From Salpingoeca rosetta (Eukaryota > Protista > Choanoflagellata): a DNA stretch of 64,000 nucleotides. The number at the start of each line of letters is the position of its first letter. Within the stretch, counting starts at the first letter, position 1. The notes under the pieces were generated by a model. It was not told the origin of the DNA. It did not search any database and was given only the letters and a program-made list of their open reading frames with translations. A program made the translations under genes and the position numbers. Positions 49,848 through 62,247 of this stretch are shown here, piece after piece. The DNA is taken from contig JAWQFM010000013.1 in NCBI GenBank assembly GCA_033442325.1, forward strand, positions 210,069 to 274,068, read 5' to 3'.

Positions 49848-51116
49848 CAACAACAACAACAGAACGATGGCGATGGCGATGGCGATGCGGATGATGACAG
49901 CGGTGGCCCAGCATCCATTCACGACATCGTTCGCGACATTGGCGACAGCGTGCGGTACACGATGGTGCCCAAGTTTGAGGAGTACGTGTCGACGGTGAAG
50001 CACACGGTGGAGACGCTCAAGGAGCTGGGCATCGTGGTGCTGCGCAGCCGCAACTATTGGGGCGATGGGGACCACTACCAGGGCCTGAACATGACACTGA
50101 AGCACCCGACCGCAGGCGTGATGTTTGAGCTGCAGTTCCACACGGAGCAGGGCCTGAAGATCAAGAAGGAGTGCCACAAGCTGTACAAGAAGTACCGTGT
50201 GGAGAAGTCGCCCTTCAAGAAGAAGCGCTACTTTGATGCGGGCTGCAAGCTGGCAAACAAGGTCAAAGTGCCCGAGGGCGCGCTTGAGCTGGACACGATC
50301 GTGGAGACGGCCCCGCCAGACCCCGTGGAGCTGCTGGCCGACGACCTGCGCGTGACCAGCTTGCTCCTGCGCGAGACAATTGACAGCATCCTCGGCCCGC
50401 TCATTGCCGACATGCAGCCATCGGCACAGGGCAGCAGCGGCGGCGGCAGTGGCGATGGTGGTGGAGATGGTACTGGTGAGGAGCAAACGGCAACAGAGGA
50501 GGCGGAGGAGAGCAAGGGCGAGGGACAGGGACAGGACAAGGGAAGCCAGCGAAAGCAGAAGAAGAAGAAGACAAAAGGAAAGAAGCGGGCTGGAACCGGT
50601 GGCCGTGGCGGCGCTGCTGCGCAGAGCGAAGTGGCAACCAAGCAGCGGCTGATGGCGGAGATTACCGAGCACATGGAGAATGCCAAGTCGAAGAACGTGC
50701 GCGACGGGTCCAAGGCTGTGACCGATGTGCTGCGCTACCACGTGGTGGTGCCTGCGGACGAGTACGTGCCTGCTGTCGACCGCGTGTTGAAAGGGCTGGA
50801 GGGGGAGCGGCAGGTGACGGCGCGGCCCATCCAGAACTTCTGGCAGCACGGCGACGCGTATCAGGGGCTGCATGCGCCGTTTGTGTTTGTTGACAAGCGC
50901 GCAGGCACCGTTCCGTTTGAGATTCGCTTCCACACGCCGGAGACGTGGGCGCTGCTTCGTGGGCGCATGGCCGCATTCCTGGCCTCCCTCGACGCCCTCC
51001 CCGCACACGACCGCAAGCAAAAGTACCAGGTGTGTTGTCTGTGTCGATGTGTGTGTGTGTGTGTGTGTCTGTGTGTCTGTGCGTGTGTGTGTCTGTGTGT
51101 GTGTGTGTGTGTGTCG

Positions 51117-51155
<39 letters not shown>

Positions 51156-51582
51156 GTCGATATGTGTGTGTGNNNNNNNNNNNNNNNNNNNNNNNNNNNN
51201 NNNNNNNNNNNNNNNNNNNNNNNNNNNNNNNNNNNNNNNNNNNNNNNNNNNNNNNNNNNNNNNNNNNNNNNNCTCTATGCTCGCACGTGTGTGTTCTCTT
51301 CATCCCCCCCCTAGTCGTGAGAGTCTTTTTCATTTTCGCTTCAAGGTGTTGTGTTGTGTTGTGTTAACTCTGTCTCCGCTCGCCACACATCCACACACAT
51401 CCACACACATCTCGCACACATCCACACATTCCACACACATCCGCACATATCCTCCCCTATCTCATGTTTTGTGTACAGTCATGCTTGCGGAATGGGAGAA
51501 GCTGCCTATGCCTGAGGGCGTGCTGGAACTCAAGTCGAAGAGGCTGCAGGTTGACCTGGGCGAGCTGGTCCAAGACGTTTAG
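49452..51582 (+). CDS. RelA/SpoT-homologue small alarmone synthetase (toxin-SAS/Apk-like) domain plus degenerate tandem copy; exons about 49452-51033 and 51479-51582
   Basis: Copy 1: LAGLDHRTKEYESLLRK (RxKxxxSxxxK), DIGDSVRYT, RNYWGDGDHYQGLN, FELQFHT, HKLYKKYR, KVKVPEGALEL. Copy 2: TDVLRYH, QNFWQHGDAYQGLH, FEIRFHT, KLPMPEGVLEL. Confidence 0.88.
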
Positions 51583-51614
51583 TAGTCTCGAGTGTGCTGT
51601 GTGTGTGTGTGGGT

Positions 51615-51659
<45 letters not shown>

Positions 51660-51978
51660 CTGTGTGCTGTATGTTCGTCGCTGTGTGTCGGTGTCTGTGT
51701 CTGTGTATGTCGGTGTCTGTGTACTGTATGTTCGTCGCTGTGTGTCTGTGTGTGTGTGTGTGTCAATCTGTCCGTCTGTCCGTCGCTCTGTGTGTATATG
51801 ATTGTCTGTCTGTCCGTTGTCCTCTCTGGCTCCCTCTTTGCCGCTCTGTTTTGTCGTGTTGACCACGGATGTCTTGCGACGTGTGAGCTGTCTGTTGCTG
51901 TGCCCCTTTGCCTCCTTGCCTTCCTTGCCGTTTATGTATGTGAGCCATGTGCTGCCACAGGCTCTTGCTTCCGTCCAT

Positions 51979-52019
<41 letters not shown>

Positions 52020-53374
52020 GTATGCGTGTTGTGTGCGTGTGCTCTCCTTCTGCCTTTTGCCTTGTTCCTTCGTGTTGCTCTGTCCTCCGTCTTCCTGCAG
52101 ACCATGCTGACTGACAGCACAACAAGTATTGACGCGCGCTTTCTTCACGTCCTTCGCGTCCTTCGCTTCTGGCAACAAAACAATACATACAAAACACATG
52201 GCAGCTTCCTGTCTTACTTCACCTCCTTCGTGCCTTGCATGTACGCTGAAGTAACACATGACATGACTACTACAGGCATGCATGCGTGGAGGCATCATCA
52301 CATCATGCATCGCCCGTCCTCGCACCTCATGCCAACGAATGAATGAATGGATGGAAAGGGAGACAAGAGGAGGACGCAGACAAACGCCAGCACACAAACG
52401 CGCACTCACAGCCAGAAACAGCCAACAACCGTGCGTGCGTGTGGTGCATACCAAAACTACCCAAATTGTGCTGTTGCATGGATGCAGTGAGCTGCGAGTA
52501 AGATTTTTGCTGGATGATTTGCACTGATTGTATGCATGCAAGCAATCACGCCACTGATCCGCTCAATGACACACATCGCAACACACCCTGACCAATCACG
52601 CAACAGCGTTTGGTCCGGATACGAGGCAGTGTTGCGAACACAAGGGTGGCGTTCGCGTGGCGTTGTGGTACCGTTCGTTGAAAAAACTTGTGCAGCGTTT
52701 GCATTGGTCAGGGCCCGAAGCCGTTGCAGCCACACCACCACACAACAATGCATACCGCCGCTGCGCTGCACAACAGCACCGCCGACCTTGGCATCTGCTC
52801 GCCAACGTGCGCCTTCTCCACGCACAGCAAAATAACAGTCAACAAAGTGCCATCCCAACCAAGCTCCCCAAAGAAGCGAGCCAGCCTCTGTTAACAGGCA
52901 CAACGTTCTTCTTCTTCTTCCTTCTTCTGATGTTTTGCACGCACGCTTACACGAGCGCTGCAACGGCAAACCACACATTCACTCGCACATGCACAGCGAC
53001 CACAACGGACAAACCACACACACGCAAACAATCAAATCACTTGCTTGCCTCCCTTCCCTCATCAGTCGCTCGTTGGTCAGCCAGCCAGCCACAGGGCAAC
53101 CAATTCTCTCTCAACGGAAGCCCCATTTTCTTTCCACCACACGCACACACACGCTCCCCTCCCCCGTCACTATCACCACCACACACCACCACACACACAA
53201 CAACAACAACCCGCCAGCACCCATCATCAATCAATCAAATCATCCACCGAGTGCGCGTGTGTGTGGCCACCGAGCAATAACCGCCTCCACACTTTCCTTC
53301 TCTTCCCGCATCGCCAACCAACCAACCAACCACAAGAAGAACCCACCACGTCCCTCACCAGCACAGCTTCCACA

Positions 53375-54544
53375 ATGGCAAAGATGCTTGCTATCCTCGT
53401 CGCTGCTGTTGCAGCGCTCGTCACCATTGCCCCTGCCGCCAACGCGAACTGCCTTCACAGGTGTGTACCCTCGTGTGTGTGTATGTGTGTGTGTGTGTGC
53501 TCATGGCGAGCGGAAGAGAGAGAGAGAGAGAGGGAGAGGGAGAGGGAGAGCGAGTGGCACCAACACACTCGCGAGTTGCTGAGGTGGTCGTGGTGATGAT
53601 GCTCTGATGGCGATAGGATGATTGTGGCTGTGGTTGCTGTTACTACACGCCACACATGACAACACAAGACAACACACACACACCCCTTCTGTGTGCCTCC
53701 CTTCACTCACTCATGCGCCCGCACTTTTTACTTTGCATGCATCCGCAGCCTCAACCTGACCGAGGTGACCTACGACGAAGTGCACCAGTACCTGAACGAG
53801 TCCAGCCGTGGCTGCTTCTCCCTCACCCCAAGCAACGAAGGCTTCCTCTTCCAGCTCACCCAAGACCTCTCGTACACAGACGGTGTCAAGTTTGAGGCGT
53901 GCGACGAGTTTGGCGGCTGCCGCTGCCAGGCCTTCACCGCCTGCGACGCCTCTGAGGATGCTGAGGAGTGTGACTGCTTCACCCCGTATGCGTGCCGCGA
54001 CGACGAGGGCCTCTTCCGCTGCTTCGAGCCAACCTCCTGCGACCACAGCGAGTCCAGGACCTCCGTTGTGCTCCACTTCAACAAGGCCTGCGTCCCCACC
54101 GAGTTCACCAGCTCCTTTGGCTGCGTCGACTACTTTGAGGAGGAGCTCACCGCAAGCCTCGCCACGTGCGTGCGCAGCTGCCGCTTCGGGGGCAACATCA
54201 CCGTCATCGACTCGTCCCGCGTGCGCGTCTCCGTGCGCATGGCCTCGGACATCGACGACATTGTCGACTGCGTCAACACCCAGTACGTCGGCTCCAACGA
54301 CTGCTTTGCAATCAGCGCAAACGAGTACGGCATCACCACGACCACAACAACCACGACGACTACCACCACCACTACCACTACCACCACTACGACCACAACA
54401 ACTACCACTACCACCACCACCACGACGACCACTACCACTACTTCCACGACCACAACCACGTTCACCTCCACCTTTGAGTCGAGCTCTGTTGCGTCGTCGC
54501 CCTTCTCCTCTGTCATTGCCTCCTCCTTCGGTGGCTTCCTCTAA
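53375..54544 (+). CDS. Secreted cysteine-rich protein with a poly-Thr mucin-like tail (2 exons: 53375-53460, 53749-54544)
   Basis: Signal peptide MAKMLAILVAAVAALVTIAPAANA; 17 Cys; sequons NLT/NES/NIT; long Thr run encoded by mixed ACN codons; strongly coding-like codon usage. Confidence 0.85.
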
Positions 54545-55158
54545 GCGCTTGCTGCCTGTCACCTTTGCTCGTCCGTGCCCCCTTGATGTTCTCTCTCCCC
54601 CTCCCTTGTGTGATTGATTCTCAATCCTTTCAATTCGTGCCTTGTGGATTGTTTGCCTGTGATGGTTGTGTTGGCTTCCCCCCCCCCCCTACTTAACCAG
54701 TGTCCAGTGCCACAAGTGCGTGCGTGTGTATCTTAATGCATGCATGCATGCACGCACCTGTGCTTGATGTGTGGGGTTTTGTATGTGTGGCTTGTTCTCT
54801 CGCTGTTGTTGTTGATTTGTGTGGGTGTAAGAAGAAAAGGAACCGTGTCTGTTTGTGTGTGCGTGTATGTTTGTCTGTGTCTGTGTCTGTGCATTCCCGT
54901 TTTTTGTCGGATGTGTGCTCTTGCGGCTTTGCCGTGTCCTCATAATAGACAGACAAAACCTCTTGTTTCTCCATATTATGACATGCAACCAATGATGTGT
55001 GGGTTTTTACTGGGAGGTGCGGCAGGCGAGCACTGTACGATGTGCCGTGATGGTGAACACGAGATGTCAGTCAAGCCACACATGCACGCACTCAAAACTG
55101 CAGACAGGCGAAGAAAAGGGAAAACCGTGCTTATGAGACAAGAGCTGGCTGATCCCGT

Positions 55159-55250
55159 TCACACGAGCTTCTTTGCCTCAAAGAACGACTTGAGATGGCG
55201 CACTTGCCAGAATGCAGTCAACAGCAGCACAACCGCCTGTGTGTGTGTGT

Positions 55251-55281
<31 letters not shown>

Positions 55282-55532
55282 ATGGTGCATGCGACAAACC
55301 AAGCGTGAGTTGCAGCGATGGAAAGCAACCACTCCCAAACCACCCGTGTGCGCAGCTTATGACTGACCTGAGCAATGGACCACCAGAGCACACGCTGGTT
55401 CGTGCTCTCGCTGAGGGCGCGGAACGATGCTTCCCGCGTCTGGTATCGCATATGCACGGTGATGAAGTGGGGGGGGGATTGCCATGAGTGCCATGAAGAC
55501 GGTGACGGGACAATGCGCATGTGCGTGCGTGC

Positions 55533-55615
<83 letters not shown>

Positions 55616-55720
55616 TGTGTGTGTTGGGTGGGCTGCATGCATCATTCATGCATTGAGCAAACAGCAGTATTCCACGAGGCAATTTGCATGGTCGCCTCTG
55701 CTCCGTGCCCTCCCCCAACC

Positions 55721-55753
<33 letters not shown>

Positions 55754-55767
55754 CTTAAACAACAACT

Positions 55768-55816
<49 letters not shown>

Positions 55817-55944
55817 CTTAAACAACAACTTAAACAACAACTTAAACAACAACAACTTAAACAACAACAACAACAACTCAAACAACAACAACAACAACAA
55901 CAACAACTTAACCAACAACAACTTAAACAACAACAACAACAACT

Positions 55945-55978
<34 letters not shown>

Positions 55979-56303
55979 CTTAAACAACAACAACAACAAC
56001 AACAACAACTTAAACAACAACAAGGCCCAGTCTCCGTCACTGCGCTCGCCCCATTCCCCTGGTCCCCTTTCACTGCTCCCAACTGCCCGCCAGCTCTATT
56101 AGTTCTTCTGCGCACGCACCCGCTGGTACGCCTGCTCATTTGCAATCTGCTTCACTTGCGAGATGAGCTGGAAAATGCGCGTCTCAACCTGTCCATAGTT
56201 GTGTGCGTGTGTGTGGGGGGGGGGACAAGTTGATGACGCAAACAAGGACCGGGTGAGGCAAAGTTAACCAAGACACGCCGTTTGCAGTGCGATGCTCGCC
56301 CTT

Positions 56304-56374
<71 letters not shown>

Positions 56375-57162
56375 CGGTTACCGTGTTCAGCTGTTCTTTC
56401 TTGGCAATCATGCGGTAGTCGTTTGTGTTCTCGCCAACAAGGATGTCGAGGTGCACACGCTAGCAGCATTAACCACACGCATCACAACAAAACCCGCATG
56501 TGAGGGGTGCAGTGACAGCATGTACCTGCCACACACAGACACACAGACACAGAGACACACAGAGACACACAGACACAGACAGACACAGACAGACACACAC
56601 ACAGACAGACACAGACAGACACAGACAGACACACACAGACACAGACAGACACAGACAGACACACACAGACACACACAGACACACACACACGCGCGCGTGC
56701 GCGCGCGCGGGCGACGGGTGACCAGTCACGACACAGGGCACGTTGAGCATACCACGGTGCGGCCGGAGAACCAGCGAGAAGAGTTGGTGTGCATGCAGAT
56801 GATGTGCTCGCCAGGGTCGTGGGCCGTAAACGCAAACCGACCCTCAGCTGCACGTGAGCCAATGGCGAGATGAGAAAAATGGGCGCCCAGTGTGGCACGT
56901 CACGTGTTGTTGGGCGTATCATGAGGTATGGTATGGAAGTGCAAGGGATTGCAAGGGTCCGATGAGCCGTGGTGACAGAACGCTGCAGACCTGTACAGGC
57001 CATCACACGCAAAACAGTCCACTGACTCCCGCACAAACACAGACAACCGCGCCAGCACGAAGCCAAAGGCATGCAAACAAAACACCATTGCGCTGCGCAG
57101 TAGGTACAACGCGTCTGTGCGTGCACAGCTTTTTGAGTGTGAAAAAACACAAACACACACAC

Positions 57163-57203
<41 letters not shown>

Positions 57204-57791
57204 AACAAACACACAGGCGCATAGGCCCGTACCTTCGTAGTCCTTGGACATGATAATGTCGTCGTTGGGGTCAGTGACCTCGACGTGAATGCCAAACCCG
57301 GGGCTGGTCTCTTGGAACGTGCCATCTGGGTTCTGTGCCTGAGTCTTGTATTTGCCTGGAAAAAAGTTCGAAGGAAGGAAGGAAGGAAGATAGAAAGTGT
57401 GTTCCCAATAGCGCAGCAAACCCCAGTTTGTTGCGACATGTTACATGTCGAAAACAACAGAACCATGGTGGTCACTAGCATGACGGCAATCAACAACAAC
57501 AACGACGGCGACAACAACAACAACGACGGCGACAACAACAACAACGACGACAATGACGACAACAAAGACCGTCACTGCCACGGACTCAAGTGCACGCCAC
57601 TACTTGCGTTCAAAGAAACAGCAGCAGCCTTACAATCAAAGGAACGTACCGACGACCATGGTCTCATCTGGAACCTCCTCGATGAAGCACCGCTCCTCAT
57701 TCTCCTTGATGTGGAAGTAGAGCCCGTTGCAACCCGTGCAACCGAGCACGGCAACAACAGCCACCACAGCCACCAACACCGCGCTCCTCAT
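55159..57791 (-). CDS. TMED9: p24/GOLD cargo receptor, alpha subfamily (TMED9/TMED4/gp25L), 7 exons
   Basis: Signal peptide, [57 protein letters not shown]|[24 protein letters not shown], and C-terminal [16 protein letters not shown] (KKXX motif). Confidence 0.93.
55721..56022. repeat. (AAC)n interrupted by TTAA, in a TMED9 intron
   Basis: Directly visible. Confidence 0.9.
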
Positions 57792-57883
57792 TTCGTTGCT
57801 CGCTCGTTCGTTTATCGCAGTGGTTGTAGAAAATTGATCGAACATACTCGCAATTATCTTGTGGTGTCGTTGGTGGTGGTGGT

Positions 57884-57968
<85 letters not shown>

Positions 57969-58213
57969 GTGTGCCTTCATCTCTCTCTCCCTCTCTCGCC
58001 CTCTCTCTCTCGGTCTCCTCTCTTCATTAATGCACTTCAGATGCTGCCTCAACCACGCGGTTGTCTTTGGTGCTCTCCAACTCCTCTTCATCAACCCTCT
58101 TGCTGCTGCTGCCGTGTCGTTGCAATCCGTTTACTTAACCAGGAGCGGGCGGTTCTGCTGCCCACAATCCATGCATTTGCGAGCGCAGCACTCCTCCCTT
58201 CCCATCTCCAGAG

Positions 58214-58445
58214 CTAGAACAGCGCAATCTTTGGCCAGCCGGTCTTCACCGTCGCCGGCAAGATGTGGCGGCACAGCAGCTGCGACAGCGCCACGCGAAC
58301 GTCATCCTGTGCACATGCAATGTGGGATAAGGGCATCAACGCAGGGGTGAGGAGAACAATGAGGGAACCGTCTGCGCGTCAACACGCGAGGAATCAAGGA
58401 CGACGGCGTTGGTCCACCAAACGCGCGCACACAAACACACACACG

Positions 58446-58522
<77 letters not shown>

Positions 58523-58963
58523 CACACACACACACACGNNNNNNNNNNNNNNNNNNNNNNNNNNNNNNNNNNNNNNNNNNNNNNNNNNNNNNNNNNNNNN
58601 NNNNNNNNNNNNNNNNNNNNNNNNNNNNNNNNNNNNNNTCTTTTTGTGAAAACAACGCCGACCCCGGATAATTCTTTTTTTTTCTCTTTTTCTCACTTGG
58701 CCTCTCCTAACTAAAAGAAAAAAATTTTCCCCCCGGCCCCTCTGGCACAGTCGCACACACACACACACACACACAGGACCAGGCACATACACAGGCAGGC
58801 ATGCAGGCACGGTTGGAAGATGCAGCGTTTCTTTGCATCTGTCCATGAGGCATGGATGCCAACGAGGCAGCCCTCGCCAAACGTCATTGCACCGGCCTGC
58901 CAAGCGCATTCACGCGCCAGGTTTCCCACGCTGCTGCCAACTTCGCTGTAGCCGCTGGTGTGT

Positions 58964-59007
<44 letters not shown>

Positions 59008-60800
59008 GTGTGCGTGTGTGTGTGTGTGTGAATGGTGAAGCAAGAGGGACAAAGAGGGCAAGGAGAGAAATTTCACGCTTCGACCAATGAGTCGCCACTG
59101 GTCAATCCAAGAGTACCAACAGCAACATGCGTATGCACACATGCGCGCATGCCACACCTTTTCTTGCTCGCTCTGCTTCATGTGTTTCGCAAACAGCTTG
59201 AGCACCTGCGCCATGACGTGCGACGATGAAGAAAACAAATGAACAAGAAAGTGAGTGGGCAACACGCAACCACAACCTTCGAGTAACACCCGAAATGCAG
59301 ACACACACACACACACATACACACACACAAACACAGACACACACAAACGCTGACACACACACACACACAAATACAGACACACACAAACGCTGACACACAC
59401 AAACAAACGCACACAAACGCAGACACACACAAACACACGAAAACACATCCGCCAACACAGGTGAAATCACATACATATACACCGCTCCCCTCCCCCTTGT
59501 TCCCTTCTGCTTGCTCGACTTACGCTGGATGGGGCGATGGCAGCAATCTTGGGCTTGACCTCAACACAGCGCTTTGCACTGACGGATATGACAATGAGCG
59601 TTGGCGGGTCGCCTTTCTTCTTCGGGTGCGGCAGACGCTTCTTTGTGCCCGTCACTGCACCCGGTTATGACCCCGGTGTGTGCATCGTGTTGCCAGGCGG
59701 TGGAGGTGAGGTGGGGTGTTGGTGGGGTGGGGTGTGGCCAAAAAGGGTGTAAAGCTGACAACAGGAAGTGTAAAGCACACTTCCACTGCGCGATGGACCT
59801 GTCCACCAGAACGCATGGCACAGAGCAAGGTGGATGGAAGAGAGACGAGGGGAAGCGGGAGAGAGCAGACAGAGACAGGCGGGTACAAAGATGTTCACGC
59901 AGATATGTGGGGGGAGGAGAGGAAGTGCAAGCACACGATACGAAAACGCACACACGCATGCATAAACGGACCAGCTTTGCAGAACGCAGTCAGCTGCCGG
60001 CCTTTGCTCCGTGATTTCACATCTGCATGTACGATATGTTCCGCTGCACGTGGACGAGAACAGAACACCAACCATGAACGGAGGGAAATGTATGTGTGTG
60101 TGTATGTGTTCATGTATGTGTGGGTGTGTATGTGTGAGGGTATGTGTGTGTGTGTATGTGCGTGTGTGTATGTGTATGTGTGTATGTGTTTGTGTGTATG
60201 TTTGTGCGGGCGGAGGCACCGTTCACGCGCAACGATGAAGACACTGAATCCAACTCACGCACACAGGCGCACACACAAACCTTTCAGTTGAACCTGTTCC
60301 AGCTCAAGATCTGTCATGGTTTTGCTCATGTCTACATGCCATGCCAAGCACACAAATACACACACATAATCGTACACGTACACACGTACATATACATACA
60401 CGCACACACGCGCACACATTCGGTCAGCAATGGAGAAGCGATCATGTGCTGGGTTGTGTGCAAAGACATGAGCGGTGGTGAGCATTTACACAATCGCACC
60501 TTTGGTGATGACATTCCACAGCACTTCCCGTGCACCCTCCGCGCCGCTGGTGTACAGCTCTCGCAGCTCGCGCTGCTTTTGTGCAAACTTGTCCGCCTAC
60601 AACCAAATCCGCAGTGGCAGTCAGCTGGTCAGCAACATGGAAACAGCCAGTCGGTGAAGGCCCCACCGAACACACGAGCAAGAAACGGGTGCGGTTGCTC
60701 GCACTCCAACGAGATACATGACCACACCATGAACATGCACGCACACGCACACACACACACACACGCACACACACACACACGCACACACGCACACACGCAC

Positions 60801-60837
<37 letters not shown>

Positions 60838-61140
60838 GGTATGCGTGTTCAACAACGAGAGCGCAGCTGCCATGACTGACGAACGGACCTTCTTCGCACG
60901 GCGCTTTGCCTGAGCCGATTTCTTGTCACCATCACCTTCAGCTGTGCCCAGTGTGTCACTATCTGTTTTGGCCTTGTTCCCCTTCTTCTGCTTTTTCTCC
61001 TTCTTCTGTTGTCGCTTTGCTTTCTTCGCCGGCTGTTCACTGACATCGTGATCTGTCACAGGCGATCCCTCATCCTCATTCTCCGAACTCTCGGCCACCA
61101 AGTTCTTGGATGGCTCCCACCACATCTCATCATCGCTCAT
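58214..61140 (-). CDS. CMSS1: Cms1/CMSS1 90S pre-ribosome factor (inactive DEAD-like)
   Basis: Acidic/Lys-rich N-terminus; LTDLELEQ-like MTDLELEQVQLK; PTLIVISVSAKRCVEV; VLKLFAKHMK; SWTDAKKRCIFQP; C-terminal PKIALF*. The GTPGR region (about 58890-58950) looks frameshifted near a gap. Confidence 0.8.
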
Positions 61141-61479
61141 CCTGTCGTTCTACAAGTCTGTGAGCGTGGGTGTATGTTCGTGTGCCAGTGAGTGGCTGTA
61201 TGTGAATCTCTGCGTCTGTCTGTGGATTGGAGTGTGTCTGTGCTCAAAGGACAACCAACACACGTGGGTTTGTTTGGAAAGGGTTCGCACGTTCCAGAGG
61301 CTGTCGAAAATTGGGTATATTTTCATACATTTCTCTACAACCTGGTCAAAGAAGAAGCAAACCTGCAGACGCAACTGCCAACCCAAGCTCACCTTTGCTG
61401 GCTTCTTGCTTCCTTGTTGGCTTTGTATTCCTGGCTTACCGCTACGCATTGCTTTTGCTGAAGCAACTGACGCACCACA

Positions 61480-61821
61480 ATGTCGTGGTTTGATTCGCTG
61501 GCATCCAGCGTGTCAAAGGTGCGGGTGCTTCTACGCGTGTGTGTGTGTGTGGCTTGCTTTTGTGCGTTTGTCTATGCGCTTACACTTTCTTTGCATTTGT
61601 TTGCGTTTGCTGTTGAGCTGATGGAATTTGATGCTTGCTGTCGGGTGACTCGCTGTAGGTGATCAACGACGTCCAGTCAGACATCGGACAATTCGTGGAC
61701 ACCATCCAGTCCGACACAAAACGGGTATAGTGTGTCTCTGTGTCTGTGTGTTTGTGTGCGCGTGCAGTGTCTGTGTGTGTGTGTGTGTGTGTCTGTCTGT
61801 CTGTCTGTGTGCATCTGTCTG

Positions 61822-61852
<31 letters not shown>

Positions 61853-62177
61853 CTGTGTGCGTCTGTGTGCGTCTGTGCCTGTGTCTGTGTCTGTGTGTCG
61901 CTCAATCTCGCACTTCTACCCCACCCAGCCATTCTATCATTACAGCCCACCCCGTTCTTGCCACTGTTTTGTATGCAGACTGTTGAAGCCATGGTCGCTG
62001 GAGAAGACACGTCAAAGGCAGCGTCGCCGCTCAGGAAACGCTATCTCACAGACCCTTCAGACCCAGAGTTTGCTGCATGGTCAGTTGGCTCCTGCACATA
62101 CCCTCTTGCCCCGCCTCTGCCTTTCGCCACACGGCTTTGATACTCCTCTCACGTCCTGTACATGTGCCTGTGCTCGT

Positions 62178-62247
<70 letters not shown>

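Noticed and set aside
49452-51582. Bacterial contamination as the explanation for the SAS gene
   Set aside because: It contains host-type poly-Q and a microsatellite-filled spliceosomal intron, and it is contiguous without a gap with the upstream RRM gene and the 3' end of NCKAP1.
51600-53370. Search for a cognate alarmone hydrolase (HD/Mesh1) or antitoxin gene next to the SAS
   Set aside because: No coding-like exons or HD-domain motifs seen; the region appears to be UTR/intergenic.
58880-58955. Frameshift/stop in the CMSS1 GTPGR region suggesting a pseudogene
   Set aside because: Lies near a gap in apparently low-quality sequence and all other exons are intact, so sequencing error is more likely.
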